A DNA stretch of 12,882 nt, from UHGV virus genome UHGV-0331123; one strand, 5' to 3'. The notes below the pieces were generated by a model. It did no database searches. It was not told the origin of the DNA and was given only the letters and a program-made list of their open reading frames with translations. Each line of letters starts with the position of its first letter. The first letter of the stretch is position 1. Shown here in pieces: positions 6,016 through 12,882 of this stretch. Source of the DNA: a virus. Position numbers and translations under genes: made by a program.

Positions 6016-8117
6016 TGCTGAATCAGGAAACCGCAAAGGCAGCACGAACCGATTCAGGTTATATCCTTCGCGCACCGAGACGAATGCGGGTTGCTGATGC
6101 CGTTGCTCAGTATATGCGGGTGCCCATGGGGGCAGGGAACTCAGTCCCGTGGGATCCGCTGGTGGCACCGTATGTTATTGAGCCGATGAACTGCCTGGCC
6201 TCGCGTGAATACGACGCAGTGATATTTGTTGGTCCGGCACGAACCGGCAAGACTATCGGCCTGATTGACGGCTGGGTGATTTACAACGTGATTTGCGATC
6301 CTGCGGATATGCTGATCATTCAGATGACGGAGGAAAAAGCCCGCGAACACTCCAAAAAACGACTTGCCAGAACGTTTCGCGTCAGCCCGGAAGTGGTCAG
6401 TCGCCTGAGTCCGAACAAAAATGACAACAACGTTTATGACAGAACATTCCTTGCTGGCAACTACCTGAAAATCGGCTGGCCGTCAGTCAATATCATGTCC
6501 TCATCAGATTATAAATGCGTGGCGCTGACGGATTATGACCGTTTTCCGGAAGATATTGATGGCGAGGGGGATGCCTTCTCTCTTGCCTCAAAACGTACCA
6601 CCACATTTATGTCCAGTGGTATGACGCTGGTGGAGAGTTCCCCCGGCAGGGATGTGAAGGATGTGAAATGGCGACGGACTTCACCGCATGAGGCTCCACC
6701 AACCACGGGGATACTGTCGCTCTATAACCGTGGCGATCGCCGTCGCTGGTACTGGCCCTGTCCACACTGTGGTGAGTATTTTCAGCCCTGCGGCGATGTG
6801 GTTGCTGGTTTCCGTGATATTGCCGATCCCGTGCTGGCAAGTGAGGCGGCTTATATTCAGTGTCCTTCCTGTTCAGGACGGATTATGCCTGAACAAAAAC
6901 GTGAGCTGAACGGACGTGGGGTCTGGTTGCGGGATGGTGAATCCATCAATGCGGATGGCAGTCGTTATGGTGATCCCCGACGCTCACGTATTGCGTCATT
7001 CTGGATGGAGGGTCCGGCAGCTGCTTACCAGACACTCTCGCAACTCGTTTACAAACTGCTTACTGCAGAACAGGAATACGAGACAACCGGAAGTGAAGAA
7101 ACACTCAAGACGGTTATCAATACCGACTGGGGATTACCTTATCTTCCCCGCGCCAGCATGGAGCAACGAAAAAGTGAACTGCTTGAGCAGCGGGCAGAGC
7201 CAGTTCCTTCCCACAGTGTGCCGGATGGCGTTAATTTCCTTGTGGCGACAGTGGATGTGCAGGCGGGACGTCATCGCCGTTTTGTGGTTCAGGTAACGGG
7301 CTATGGCAGCCGTGGCGAACGCTGGATTATTGATCGTTACAACATCACGCAGTCATTGCGCGGTGACAGCGACGGGGAGAGCCAGCGAATTGATCCGGCC
7401 AGCTATCCGGAAGACTGGGATGTCCTGCTGACGGATGTTTTTCATAAAAGCTGGCCGCTGGCCTCCGATCCTTCTCAACAAATGCGACTGATGGCAATGG
7501 CGGTGGACTCCGGCGGTGAAGACGGGGTCACTGATAATGCCTATAAATTCTGGCGTCGTTGCCGTCGTGATGGCCTTGGTAAACGTATTTACCTGTTTAA
7601 GGGCGACAGCATCCGGCGCGCAAAACTGATCACTCGTACATTCCCTGATAACACCGGACGAACGGGCCGACGGGCGCAGGCCGCAGGTGATGTGCCGCTC
7701 TGGCTTCTTCAGACGGATGCACTGAAAGACCGGGTGAATAACGCGTTATGGCGTGACTCGCCAGGTCCCGGCTATGTGCATTTCCCTGACTGGCTGGGGA
7801 GCTGGTTTTACGACGAACTGACGTATGAAGAGCGGAGCAGTGACGGGAAATGGAGTAAGCCTGGTCGCGGTGCCAACGAAGCTTTTGACCTGATGGTGTA
7901 TGCCGAGGCTCTGGTCATTCTGCATGGATACGAAAAGATCCGCTGGCCGGATGCACCGGAGTGGGCGAGCCGGGAAACCTGGCTGGAGTGTGTCCAGGAC
8001 AGTACCGAACCGTCATCCTCACCGGAACCGGTATCCACGCCTGTTAAAAAACAAAAACGGAAGAAAACAGTAACTGACGATGTTAACCCCTGGCTGACTT
8101 CCGGAGGATGGTTATGA
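6015..8117 (+). CDS. Terminase large subunit, lambda gpA family
   Basis: 700 aa; P-loop-like VGPARTGKT near the N-terminus; size and position match gpA; translationally coupled to terS and to the gpW-like gene. Contains a CPHC…CPSC Cys4 motif. Confidence 0.88.
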   Translation: MLNQETAKAARTDSGYILRAPRRMRVADAVAQYMRVPMGAGNSVPWDPLVAPYVIEPMNCLASREYDAVIFVGPARTGKTIGLIDGWVIYNVICDPADMLIIQMTEEKAREHSKKRLARTFRVSPEVVSRLSPNKNDNNVYDRTFLAGNYLKIGWPSVNIMSSSDYKCVALTDYDRFPEDIDGEGDAFSLASKRTTTFMSSGMTLVESSPGRDVKDVKWRRTSPHEAPPTTGILSLYNRGDRRRWYWPCPHCGEYFQPCGDVVAGFRDIADPVLASEAAYIQCPSCSGRIMPEQKRELNGRGVWLRDGESINADGSRYGDPRRSRIASFWMEGPAAAYQTLSQLVYKLLTAEQEYETTGSEETLKTVINTDWGLPYLPRASMEQRKSELLEQRAEPVPSHSVPDGVNFLVATVDVQAGRHRRFVVQVTGYGSRGERWIIDRYNITQSLRGDSDGESQRIDPASYPEDWDVLLTDVFHKSWPLASDPSQQMRLMAMAVDSGGEDGVTDNAYKFWRRCRRDGLGKRIYLFKGDSIRRAKLITRTFPDNTGRTGRRAQAAGDVPLWLLQTDALKDRVNNALWRDSPGPGYVHFPDWLGSWFYDELTYEERSSDGKWSKPGRGANEAFDLMVYAEALVILHGYEKIRWPDAPEWASRETWLECVQDSTEPSSSPEPVSTPVKKQKRKKTVTDDVNPWLTSGGWL

Positions 8118-8326
8118 ACCAGAATGATATCGAAGCCATGATTCAGCGTTATATGGAAGCTGAAATGGCGGTGCTGGACGGAAAATCCGTCACCTTTAAT
8201 GGTCAGCAGATGACCATGGAAAACTTATCTGAGATCCGGCAGGGACGGCAGGAGTGGGAGCGCCGCCTTGCGGCTCTGATTACACGACGACGGGGGCATC
8301 CCGGGTACCGGCTGGCGAGGTTCTGA
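8114..8326 (+). CDS. Head-tail joining / head completion protein, lambda gpW-like
   Basis: 70 aa from ATG 8114 (GGAGGA 5 nt upstream, ATGA overlap with the terL stop). C-terminal RRRGHPGY resembles lambda gpW RRRGPAGF; sits between terL and portal as in lambda. Confidence 0.7.
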   Translation: MNQNDIEAMIQRYMEAEMAVLDGKSVTFNGQQMTMENLSEIRQGRQEWERRLAALITRRRGHPGYRLARF

Positions 8327-9834
8327 TGGCAATTCTTGATGATGTGATTGGCGTTTTTTCACCTGGATGGAAAGCGGCAAGGCTGCGTTCCCGTGCGGTG
8401 ATCCAGGCTTATGAAGCCGTAAAAACGACGCGGACACACAAAGCCCGACGGGAGAACCGAACTGCCGACCAGCTAAGCCAGTACGGGGCCGTGTCGTTAC
8501 GTGAGCAGGCCCGTTACCTTGATAACAACCACGATCTGGTTATTGGTGTATTTGACAAGCTGGAAGAACGGGTGGTGGGGAAAAACGGGATTATTGTCGA
8601 GCCACATCCGGTATTACGCAATGGGGCCATTGCCCGTGACCTGGCTGCGGAGATTCGCACCCGATGGAGTGAATGGTCTGTCAGCCCGGAAGTCACCGGG
8701 CAGTTTACCCGTCCGATGCTGGAACGTCTGATGCTGCGTACCTGGCTGCGCGATGGTGAGGTGTTTGCCCAGATGGTTTCCGGGCGCATAAACAGCCTGA
8801 CGCCTTCTGCCGGTGTTCATTTCTGGCTGGAGGCGCTCGAGCCAGACTTTATTCCCATGACCAGTGATGAGAGCAACAGGCTGAATCAGGGCGTGTTTGT
8901 TGATGACTGGGGGCGTCCCGAAAAATATCTGGTGTATAAAAGCCGTCCCGTATCCGGACGGCAGATGGAAACCAAAGAAGTGGATGCAGAGCGAATGCTG
9001 CATCTTAAATTTGTTCGCCGTCTGCACCAGATGCGCGGGACGTCTTTGTTGTCCGGTGTGCTGATCCGCCTCAGTGCCCTGAAAGATTATGAAGATTATG
9101 AGCTGACTGCAGCAAGGATCGCCGCTGCTCTGGGGATGTACATCCGCAAAGGCGACGGGCAGAGCTATGAACCGGATGGTAATGGCAGCAAGGATAAGGA
9201 ACGCGAGCTTACCATTCAGCCAGGCATTATTTACGACGATCTGAAACCCGGCGAAGAAATCGGAATGGTGAAGTCGGATCGCCCCAATCCTAACCTTGAA
9301 ACTTTTCGTAATGGTCAGTTGCGTGCCGTGGCGGCGGGCAGTCGTCTGAGTTTTTCCAGTACAGCGCGCAACTATAACGGCACTTACAGCGCCCAGCGTC
9401 AGGAGCTGGTTGAATCTACTGATGGCTACCTGATCCTGCAGGACTGGTTTATTGGTGCCGTCACCCGCCCGATGTATCGTGCATGGCTGAAACAGGCTGT
9501 GGCATCCGGTGTTATCAGGCTACCCCGCGATCTTGACCGTTCTTCACTGTATACCGCGGTGTATTCCGGACCGGTGATGCCGTGGATTGACCCTGTTAAG
9601 GAGGCTGAGGCCTGGAAAATCCAGATTCGTGGTGGAGCGGCGACAGAATCAGACTGGGTACGTGCTGGTGGTCGTAATCCGGATGATGTCAAACGTCGGC
9701 GCAAGGCCGAAATTGATGAAAACCGCAAGCTGGATCTGGTATTTGATACCGATCCGGCCAGTGATAAAGGAGGCAGCAGTGCCGCAACGAAACGACAGGA
9801 GCCGCAGCACACCGACGACCAGTCCGAAGAATAA
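8326..9834 (+). CDS. Portal protein, lambda gpB-like
   Basis: 502 aa from ATG 8326 (TGATG overlap with the gpW-like stop; the track's upstream extension overlaps gpW in another frame). Size and gene order match gpB; acidic C-terminal tail. Confidence 0.85.
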   Translation: MAILDDVIGVFSPGWKAARLRSRAVIQAYEAVKTTRTHKARRENRTADQLSQYGAVSLREQARYLDNNHDLVIGVFDKLEERVVGKNGIIVEPHPVLRNGAIARDLAAEIRTRWSEWSVSPEVTGQFTRPMLERLMLRTWLRDGEVFAQMVSGRINSLTPSAGVHFWLEALEPDFIPMTSDESNRLNQGVFVDDWGRPEKYLVYKSRPVSGRQMETKEVDAERMLHLKFVRRLHQMRGTSLLSGVLIRLSALKDYEDYELTAARIAAALGMYIRKGDGQSYEPDGNGSKDKERELTIQPGIIYDDLKPGEEIGMVKSDRPNPNLETFRNGQLRAVAAGSRLSFSSTARNYNGTYSAQRQELVESTDGYLILQDWFIGAVTRPMYRAWLKQAVASGVIRLPRDLDRSSLYTAVYSGPVMPWIDPVKEAEAWKIQIRGGAATESDWVRAGGRNPDDVKRRRKAEIDENRKLDLVFDTDPASDKGGSSAATKRQEPQHTDDQSEE

Positions 9835-9847
9835 TTCCTGGTTCAGG

Positions 9848-11806
9848 ATGCAGGCTGGTCACCAGAGTGACGCGGATATTTATATTTATGACGAGATTGG
9901 TTTCTGGGGTGTTACAGCGAAGCAGTTTATCAGTGATCTGAATGCACTGGGCGATATCACCCACATTAATCTCCATATTAATTCACCGGGTGGCGATGTC
10001 TTTGAAGGCATCGCCATTTTTAATGCGCTGAAAACACATGGTGCGTCCATTACCGTTTATGTCGACGGTGTGGCGGCGTCAATGGCGTCGGTCATTGCGA
10101 TGGTGGGAAACCCGGTCATTATGCCGGAAAACACCTTCATGATGATTCATAAACCATTTGGCTTTACGGGCGGTGATGCGGAGGACATGCGCACCTATGC
10201 CGACCTGCTCGATAAGGTTGAGGCGGTTCTGTTACCCGCTTATGCACAGAAAACCGGGAAAACCACCGATGAAATTGCTGCCATGCTGGCGGATGAGACC
10301 TGGATGTCCGGTGCCGAATGTCTGGCACAGGGATTTGCTGATCAGGTGACGCCAGCCGTTAAGGCAATGGCATGTATTCAGTCAAAACGTACAGAGGAAT
10401 TTAAAAAGATGCCGGAATCCATTCGAAACATGATTACTCCGCCACGCAACAGTGCTCCACGCGTACAGGATGATGAACCTGCAGCCTCCCGGACGCCAGT
10501 GCAGGCAGCAGCACCCGTGGTGGATGAAAACAGCATCCGTGCGCAGGTCCTGGCAGAGCAAAAAGCGCGTGTAAACGGTATTAATGATCTGTTTGCCATG
10601 TTTGGCGGGCGTTATCAGGCGCTGCAGGCTCAGTGTCTTGCCGATCCTGAATGTTCGCTGGAGCAGGCCCGCGAAAAGCTGTTGAACGAGATGGGGCGCG
10701 AGTCCACGCCATCCAATAAAAATACCCCGGCTCATATTTATGCCGGTAACGGTAATTTTGTGGGGGACGGGATCCGCCAGGCGCTGATGGCGCGTGCCGG
10801 ATTTGAAAAAACCGAACGTGATAATGTCTACAACGGGATGACCCTGCGTGAATATGCCCGTATGTCACTGACTGAACGGGGTATTGGGGTTTCCAGTTAT
10901 AACCCGATGCAGATGGTCGGTGCGGCGTTCACACACAGTACGTCTGACTTCGGTAATATTCTGCTGGATGTTGCGAACAAAGCCATTCTGCAGGGCTGGG
11001 AAGATGCCCCTGAAACCTATGAACAGTGGACGCGGAAAGGTCAGTTGTCTGATTTTAAAATTGCCCATCGTGTGGGTATGGGGGGCTTCAGTGCTCTGCG
11101 TCAGGTGCGTGAAGGGGCGGAATATAAATACGTCACCACCGGAGATAAACAGGCCACTATTGCACTGGCGACCTATGGCGAGCTGTTCAGTATCACCCGT
11201 CAGGCCATTATCAATGATGATCTGAATATGCTGACCGATGTCCCGATGAAACTGGGCCGTGCGGCGAAATCCACTATTGCCGATCTGGTTTATGCCATTC
11301 TGACGTCTAACCCGAAAATCTCCACAGATAATGTAAGTCTGTTCGATAAAGCGAAACATGCAAACGTACTGGAGAGCGCTGCAATGGACGTGGCATCGCT
11401 GGATAAAGCCCGCCAGTTGATGCGCGTTCAGAAAGAGGGTGAGCGTCATCTGAATATTCGTCCTGCGTTCGTACTGGTACCGACGGCGATGGAGTCTGTT
11501 GCTAACCAGGTCATTCGCTCCTCAAGTGTCAAGGGGGCTGACATTAACGCCGGTATTATTAACCCGGTGAAAGATTTTGCGACCGTTATTGCAGAGCCTC
11601 GTCTTGATGATAACAGCCAGACCACCTTCTACCTGGCTGCGTCCAAAGGCTCCGATACGATTGAAGTGGCTTATCTCAACGGTGTGGATACGCCATATAT
11701 TGATCAGATGGAGGGCTTCAGTGTGGATGGCGTGACAACGAAAGTGCGTATTGACGCTGGTGTCGCGCCAGTTGATCACCGCGGTCTGGTGAAATGTACG
11801 GCGTAA
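9848..11806 (+). CDS. Tripartite capsid gene: ClpP-like (S14) prohead protease + scaffold-like linker + HK97-fold major capsid domain
   Basis: N-terminal region matches ClpP-family hallmarks (INSPGGDV, GVAASMASVIAM with the Ser nucleophile, MMIHKP with His). Middle region is Ala/Gln-rich and helical. C-terminal roughly 350 aa has capsid-like size and composition. Single-ORF protease-scaffold-capsid organisation is described for Salmonella phage Gifsy-2. Start taken as ATG 9848 because the upstream extension overlaps the portal gene. Confidence 0.8.
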   Translation: MQAGHQSDADIYIYDEIGFWGVTAKQFISDLNALGDITHINLHINSPGGDVFEGIAIFNALKTHGASITVYVDGVAASMASVIAMVGNPVIMPENTFMMIHKPFGFTGGDAEDMRTYADLLDKVEAVLLPAYAQKTGKTTDEIAAMLADETWMSGAECLAQGFADQVTPAVKAMACIQSKRTEEFKKMPESIRNMITPPRNSAPRVQDDEPAASRTPVQAAAPVVDENSIRAQVLAEQKARVNGINDLFAMFGGRYQALQAQCLADPECSLEQAREKLLNEMGRESTPSNKNTPAHIYAGNGNFVGDGIRQALMARAGFEKTERDNVYNGMTLREYARMSLTERGIGVSSYNPMQMVGAAFTHSTSDFGNILLDVANKAILQGWEDAPETYEQWTRKGQLSDFKIAHRVGMGGFSALRQVREGAEYKYVTTGDKQATIALATYGELFSITRQAIINDDLNMLTDVPMKLGRAAKSTIADLVYAILTSNPKISTDNVSLFDKAKHANVLESAAMDVASLDKARQLMRVQKEGERHLNIRPAFVLVPTAMESVANQVIRSSSVKGADINAGIINPVKDFATVIAEPRLDDNSQTTFYLAASKGSDTIEVAYLNGVDTPYIDQMEGFSVDGVTTKVRIDAGVAPVDHRGLVKCTA

Positions 11807-11830
11807 TCGTCGCAGATAACAACTCTGATG

Positions 11831-11849
11831 GCCCGTAAGGGCTTTTTTT
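11831..11849 (+). terminator. Compact rho-independent terminator after the capsid gene
   Basis: GCCC (11831-11834), GNRA-type loop GTAA, GGGC (11839-11842), then seven T. The 14-nt tail TTTTTTTGTACCTG is identical to that of the terminator at 487-509. Confidence 0.5.
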
Positions 11850-11889
11850 GTACCTGAAATCAGCCCCTGAACGGGGCTGTGCGGAGACA

Positions 11890-11925
11890 GTTATGGCAAA
11901 GAATTTTGTAGAAGAAGGAAAAACG
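11890..11925. repeat. Left copy of a perfect 36-bp inverted repeat (partner at 12336-12371)
   Basis: GTTATGGCAAAGAATTTTGTAGAAGAAGGAAAAACG covers the start codon and first 11 codons of the decoration gene; its exact reverse complement is at 12336-12371 (checked base by base). Confidence 0.95.
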
Positions 11926-12216
11926 GTGGCGATTGTTGCCAGTGCAGCCATCAGCAGCGGAGATCTGGTGCAGGTGGGTGATATTTTTGCGGTGGCGCTG
12001 ACCGATATTCAACAGGGTGAAACAGGCGACGGCATGACCGAAGGTGTGTTTATGCTGCCTAAGCTGAAAACGGATGACATGAAAACGGGTAAGAAGGTTT
12101 ATCTGAAGTCCGGAAAAGTTCAGCTGACTAACAGCGGCTCTGATCCGCTGGTCGGGGTTGTCTGGGCAGATGCCGGAACCAGTGCAGAAGAAGTGCCGGT
12201 AAAACTCAATGTCTGA
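11893..12216 (+). CDS. Head decoration / DUF2190-family protein
   Basis: 107 aa from ATG 11893 (GGAG 6 nt upstream). Starts MAKNFVEEGKT and contains SGDLVQVG…AVALTDI…GE…G…EGVF.LPK, as I remember DUF2190 proteins that follow major capsid genes. Confidence 0.75.
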   Translation: MAKNFVEEGKTVAIVASAAISSGDLVQVGDIFAVALTDIQQGETGDGMTEGVFMLPKLKTDDMKTGKKVYLKSGKVQLTNSGSDPLVGVVWADAGTSAEEVPVKLNV

Positions 12217-12370
12217 TCCCTTTTCCCGGCTGGCAGCGCGTATGGATGCGATCACGGTCAGAAAGATGGGAAAGACAGCCTCGATTAATGATGTCGATAT
12301 GACTGTGATCCCGGGAGAAACACTGGCAGAGCTGACGTTTTTCCTTCTTCTACAAAATTCTTTGCCATAA
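12209..12370 (+). pseudogene. Probable 5' fragment of the next head or head-tail gene, truncated at the inverted-repeat junction
   Basis: ATG 12209 overlaps the decoration stop (ATGTCTGA), typical late-operon coupling. Encodes MSDPFSRLAARMDAITVRKMGKTASINDVDMTVIPGETLAELT, then reads into the inverted-repeat copy and stops after 10 more codons. The frame is lost at 12336. Confidence 0.4.
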
Positions 12371-12371
12371 C
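12336..12371. repeat. Right copy of the perfect 36-bp inverted repeat; marks a sequence junction
   Basis: Exact reverse complement of 11890-11925. Upstream is phage-like (about 50% GC); immediately downstream the sequence is clearly GC-richer with strong GC3 codon bias. Confidence 0.95.
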
Positions 12372-12372
12372 A

Positions 12373-12882
12373 ATGCCCAAGAACTTCGTCCATGCCCGCA
12401 ATGCCAACGGCCGTGTCGCTATGGGGCTGCACGGCTACCGTATCGGTATCGGCGAATACGGGCATGTGGGACGGTTGGGTATGCCGCCCCCGTTTCTCGG
12501 CTGGACGCCACGCCACCAGTGGGGCTTCCATCTGCGGCGGGTCGGCGGCCAACTGTTCTATCCGGGACCGCCCATTGTCCCTGAACGGTGGGACGGACGC
12601 ATGAAGCCGGGCGAATTGCAGTCGGGCGGCTACGGCTTCTATTACAAATACAAGGCCGGACAACCGGTGCAACCGGCACAACAGGCCGACGTCCTGCAAA
12701 ACCTGCAGACGGTCATCACGCCGCTGGTCAGCCGTCCGCGCAGCACGGAACCGGCCCGTACCTACAAGGAACTGATAAGCTCTCCTGTCTATTTTTCCAA
12801 CGAGAAATGGCAGGAATGTCTTGCCTCCCACGGCCTTATCGTCGATAAGGAGGCACGGACACTGACCGTACAGTCCGAAAAG
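12373..12882 (+). CDS. High-GC ORF of unknown function, 3'-partial (open to the window end, 170 codons), compositionally foreign
   Basis: No stop from ATG 12373 to 12882; strong G/C third-position bias (ccc, aac, ttc, gtc, ggc…); protein-like composition (MPKNFVHARNANGRV…GYGFYYKYKAG…YFSNEKWQECLASHGLIVDKEARTLTVQSEK). No Shine-Dalgarno upstream; the ATG sits 1 nt after the inverted repeat, so the true start is uncertain. Absent from the ORF track because it has no stop. Confidence 0.5.
   Translation, partial: MPKNFVHARNANGRVAMGLHGYRIGIGEYGHVGRLGMPPPFLGWTPRHQWGFHLRRVGGQLFYPGPPIVPERWDGRMKPGELQSGGYGFYYKYKAGQPVQPAQQADVLQNLQTVITPLVSRPRSTEPARTYKELISSPVYFSNEKWQECLASHGLIVDKEARTLTVQSEK

Noticed and set aside
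8254-8325. Upstream extension of the portal ORF (track start 8254)
   Set aside because: Overlaps the gpW-like gene in another frame; ATG 8326 with the TGATG stop/start overlap is the likely start.
9587-9847. Upstream extension of the capsid ORF (track start 9587)
   Set aside because: The 87 extra codons overlap the portal 3' end out of frame and are Arg/Pro-rich; ATG 9848 begins the ClpP-like domain at the expected place.
10378-11449. Minus-strand track ORFs inside the capsid gene (10378-10599, 10382-10735, 10581-10868, 10865-11449)
   Set aside because: Antisense to a strongly supported CDS; Arg/His/Cys-rich translations; no RBS.
11860-12831. Long minus-strand ORF 11860-12831 (323 aa) spanning the junction
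   Set aside because: Antisense to both the decoration gene and the high-GC + strand ORF; the translation is Arg-rich and low-complexity, typical of antisense frames in GC-rich coding DNA; crosses the inverted-repeat junction with no coherent domain.
12392-12848. Track ORFs 12392-12604 (+), 12588-12848 (+) and 12419-12679 (-) in the GC-rich segment
   Set aside because: Alternative frames of the GC-rich region; the 12373 frame is open for 170 codons with strong GC3 bias and better composition, so these are treated as shadow ORFs.
1-12882. CRISPR array, integrase, transposase or IS element
   Set aside because: No regularly spaced direct repeats and no recombinase-like ORF in any frame. The only notable repeat is the single 36-bp inverted pair at 11890-11925 and 12336-12371, which has no transposase between or beside it.

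Overview
This window reads as the late region of a lambdoid prophage or phage from an enterobacterium (phage 21 / Gifsy-2-like modules), running through the cos site, so it is either integrated or a circular representation. Order on the + strand: 5'-partial Q-like antiterminator, candidate late promoter and terminator, small winged-helix-like ORF, beta-class N6-adenine DNA methyltransferase, terminator, phage-21-type lysis cassette (dual-start pinholin, SAR endolysin, Rz with embedded Rz1), an AT-rich minus-strand moron at the position lambda uses for bor, a lambda-like cos region, then terS, terL (gpA family), gpW-like, portal, a tripartite ClpP-protease/scaffold/major-capsid gene, terminator, and a DUF2190-like decoration gene. 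Three things depart from the canonical layout: a convergent two-gene insert between pinholin and endolysin, the AT-rich moron, and an abrupt junction at about 12336-12372 marked by a perfect 36-bp inverted repeat, after which a high-GC ORF of foreign composition runs off the window. All product calls rest on motifs and remembered family sequences, not on database searches. I found no rRNA, tRNA, CRISPR array, integrase or transposase.
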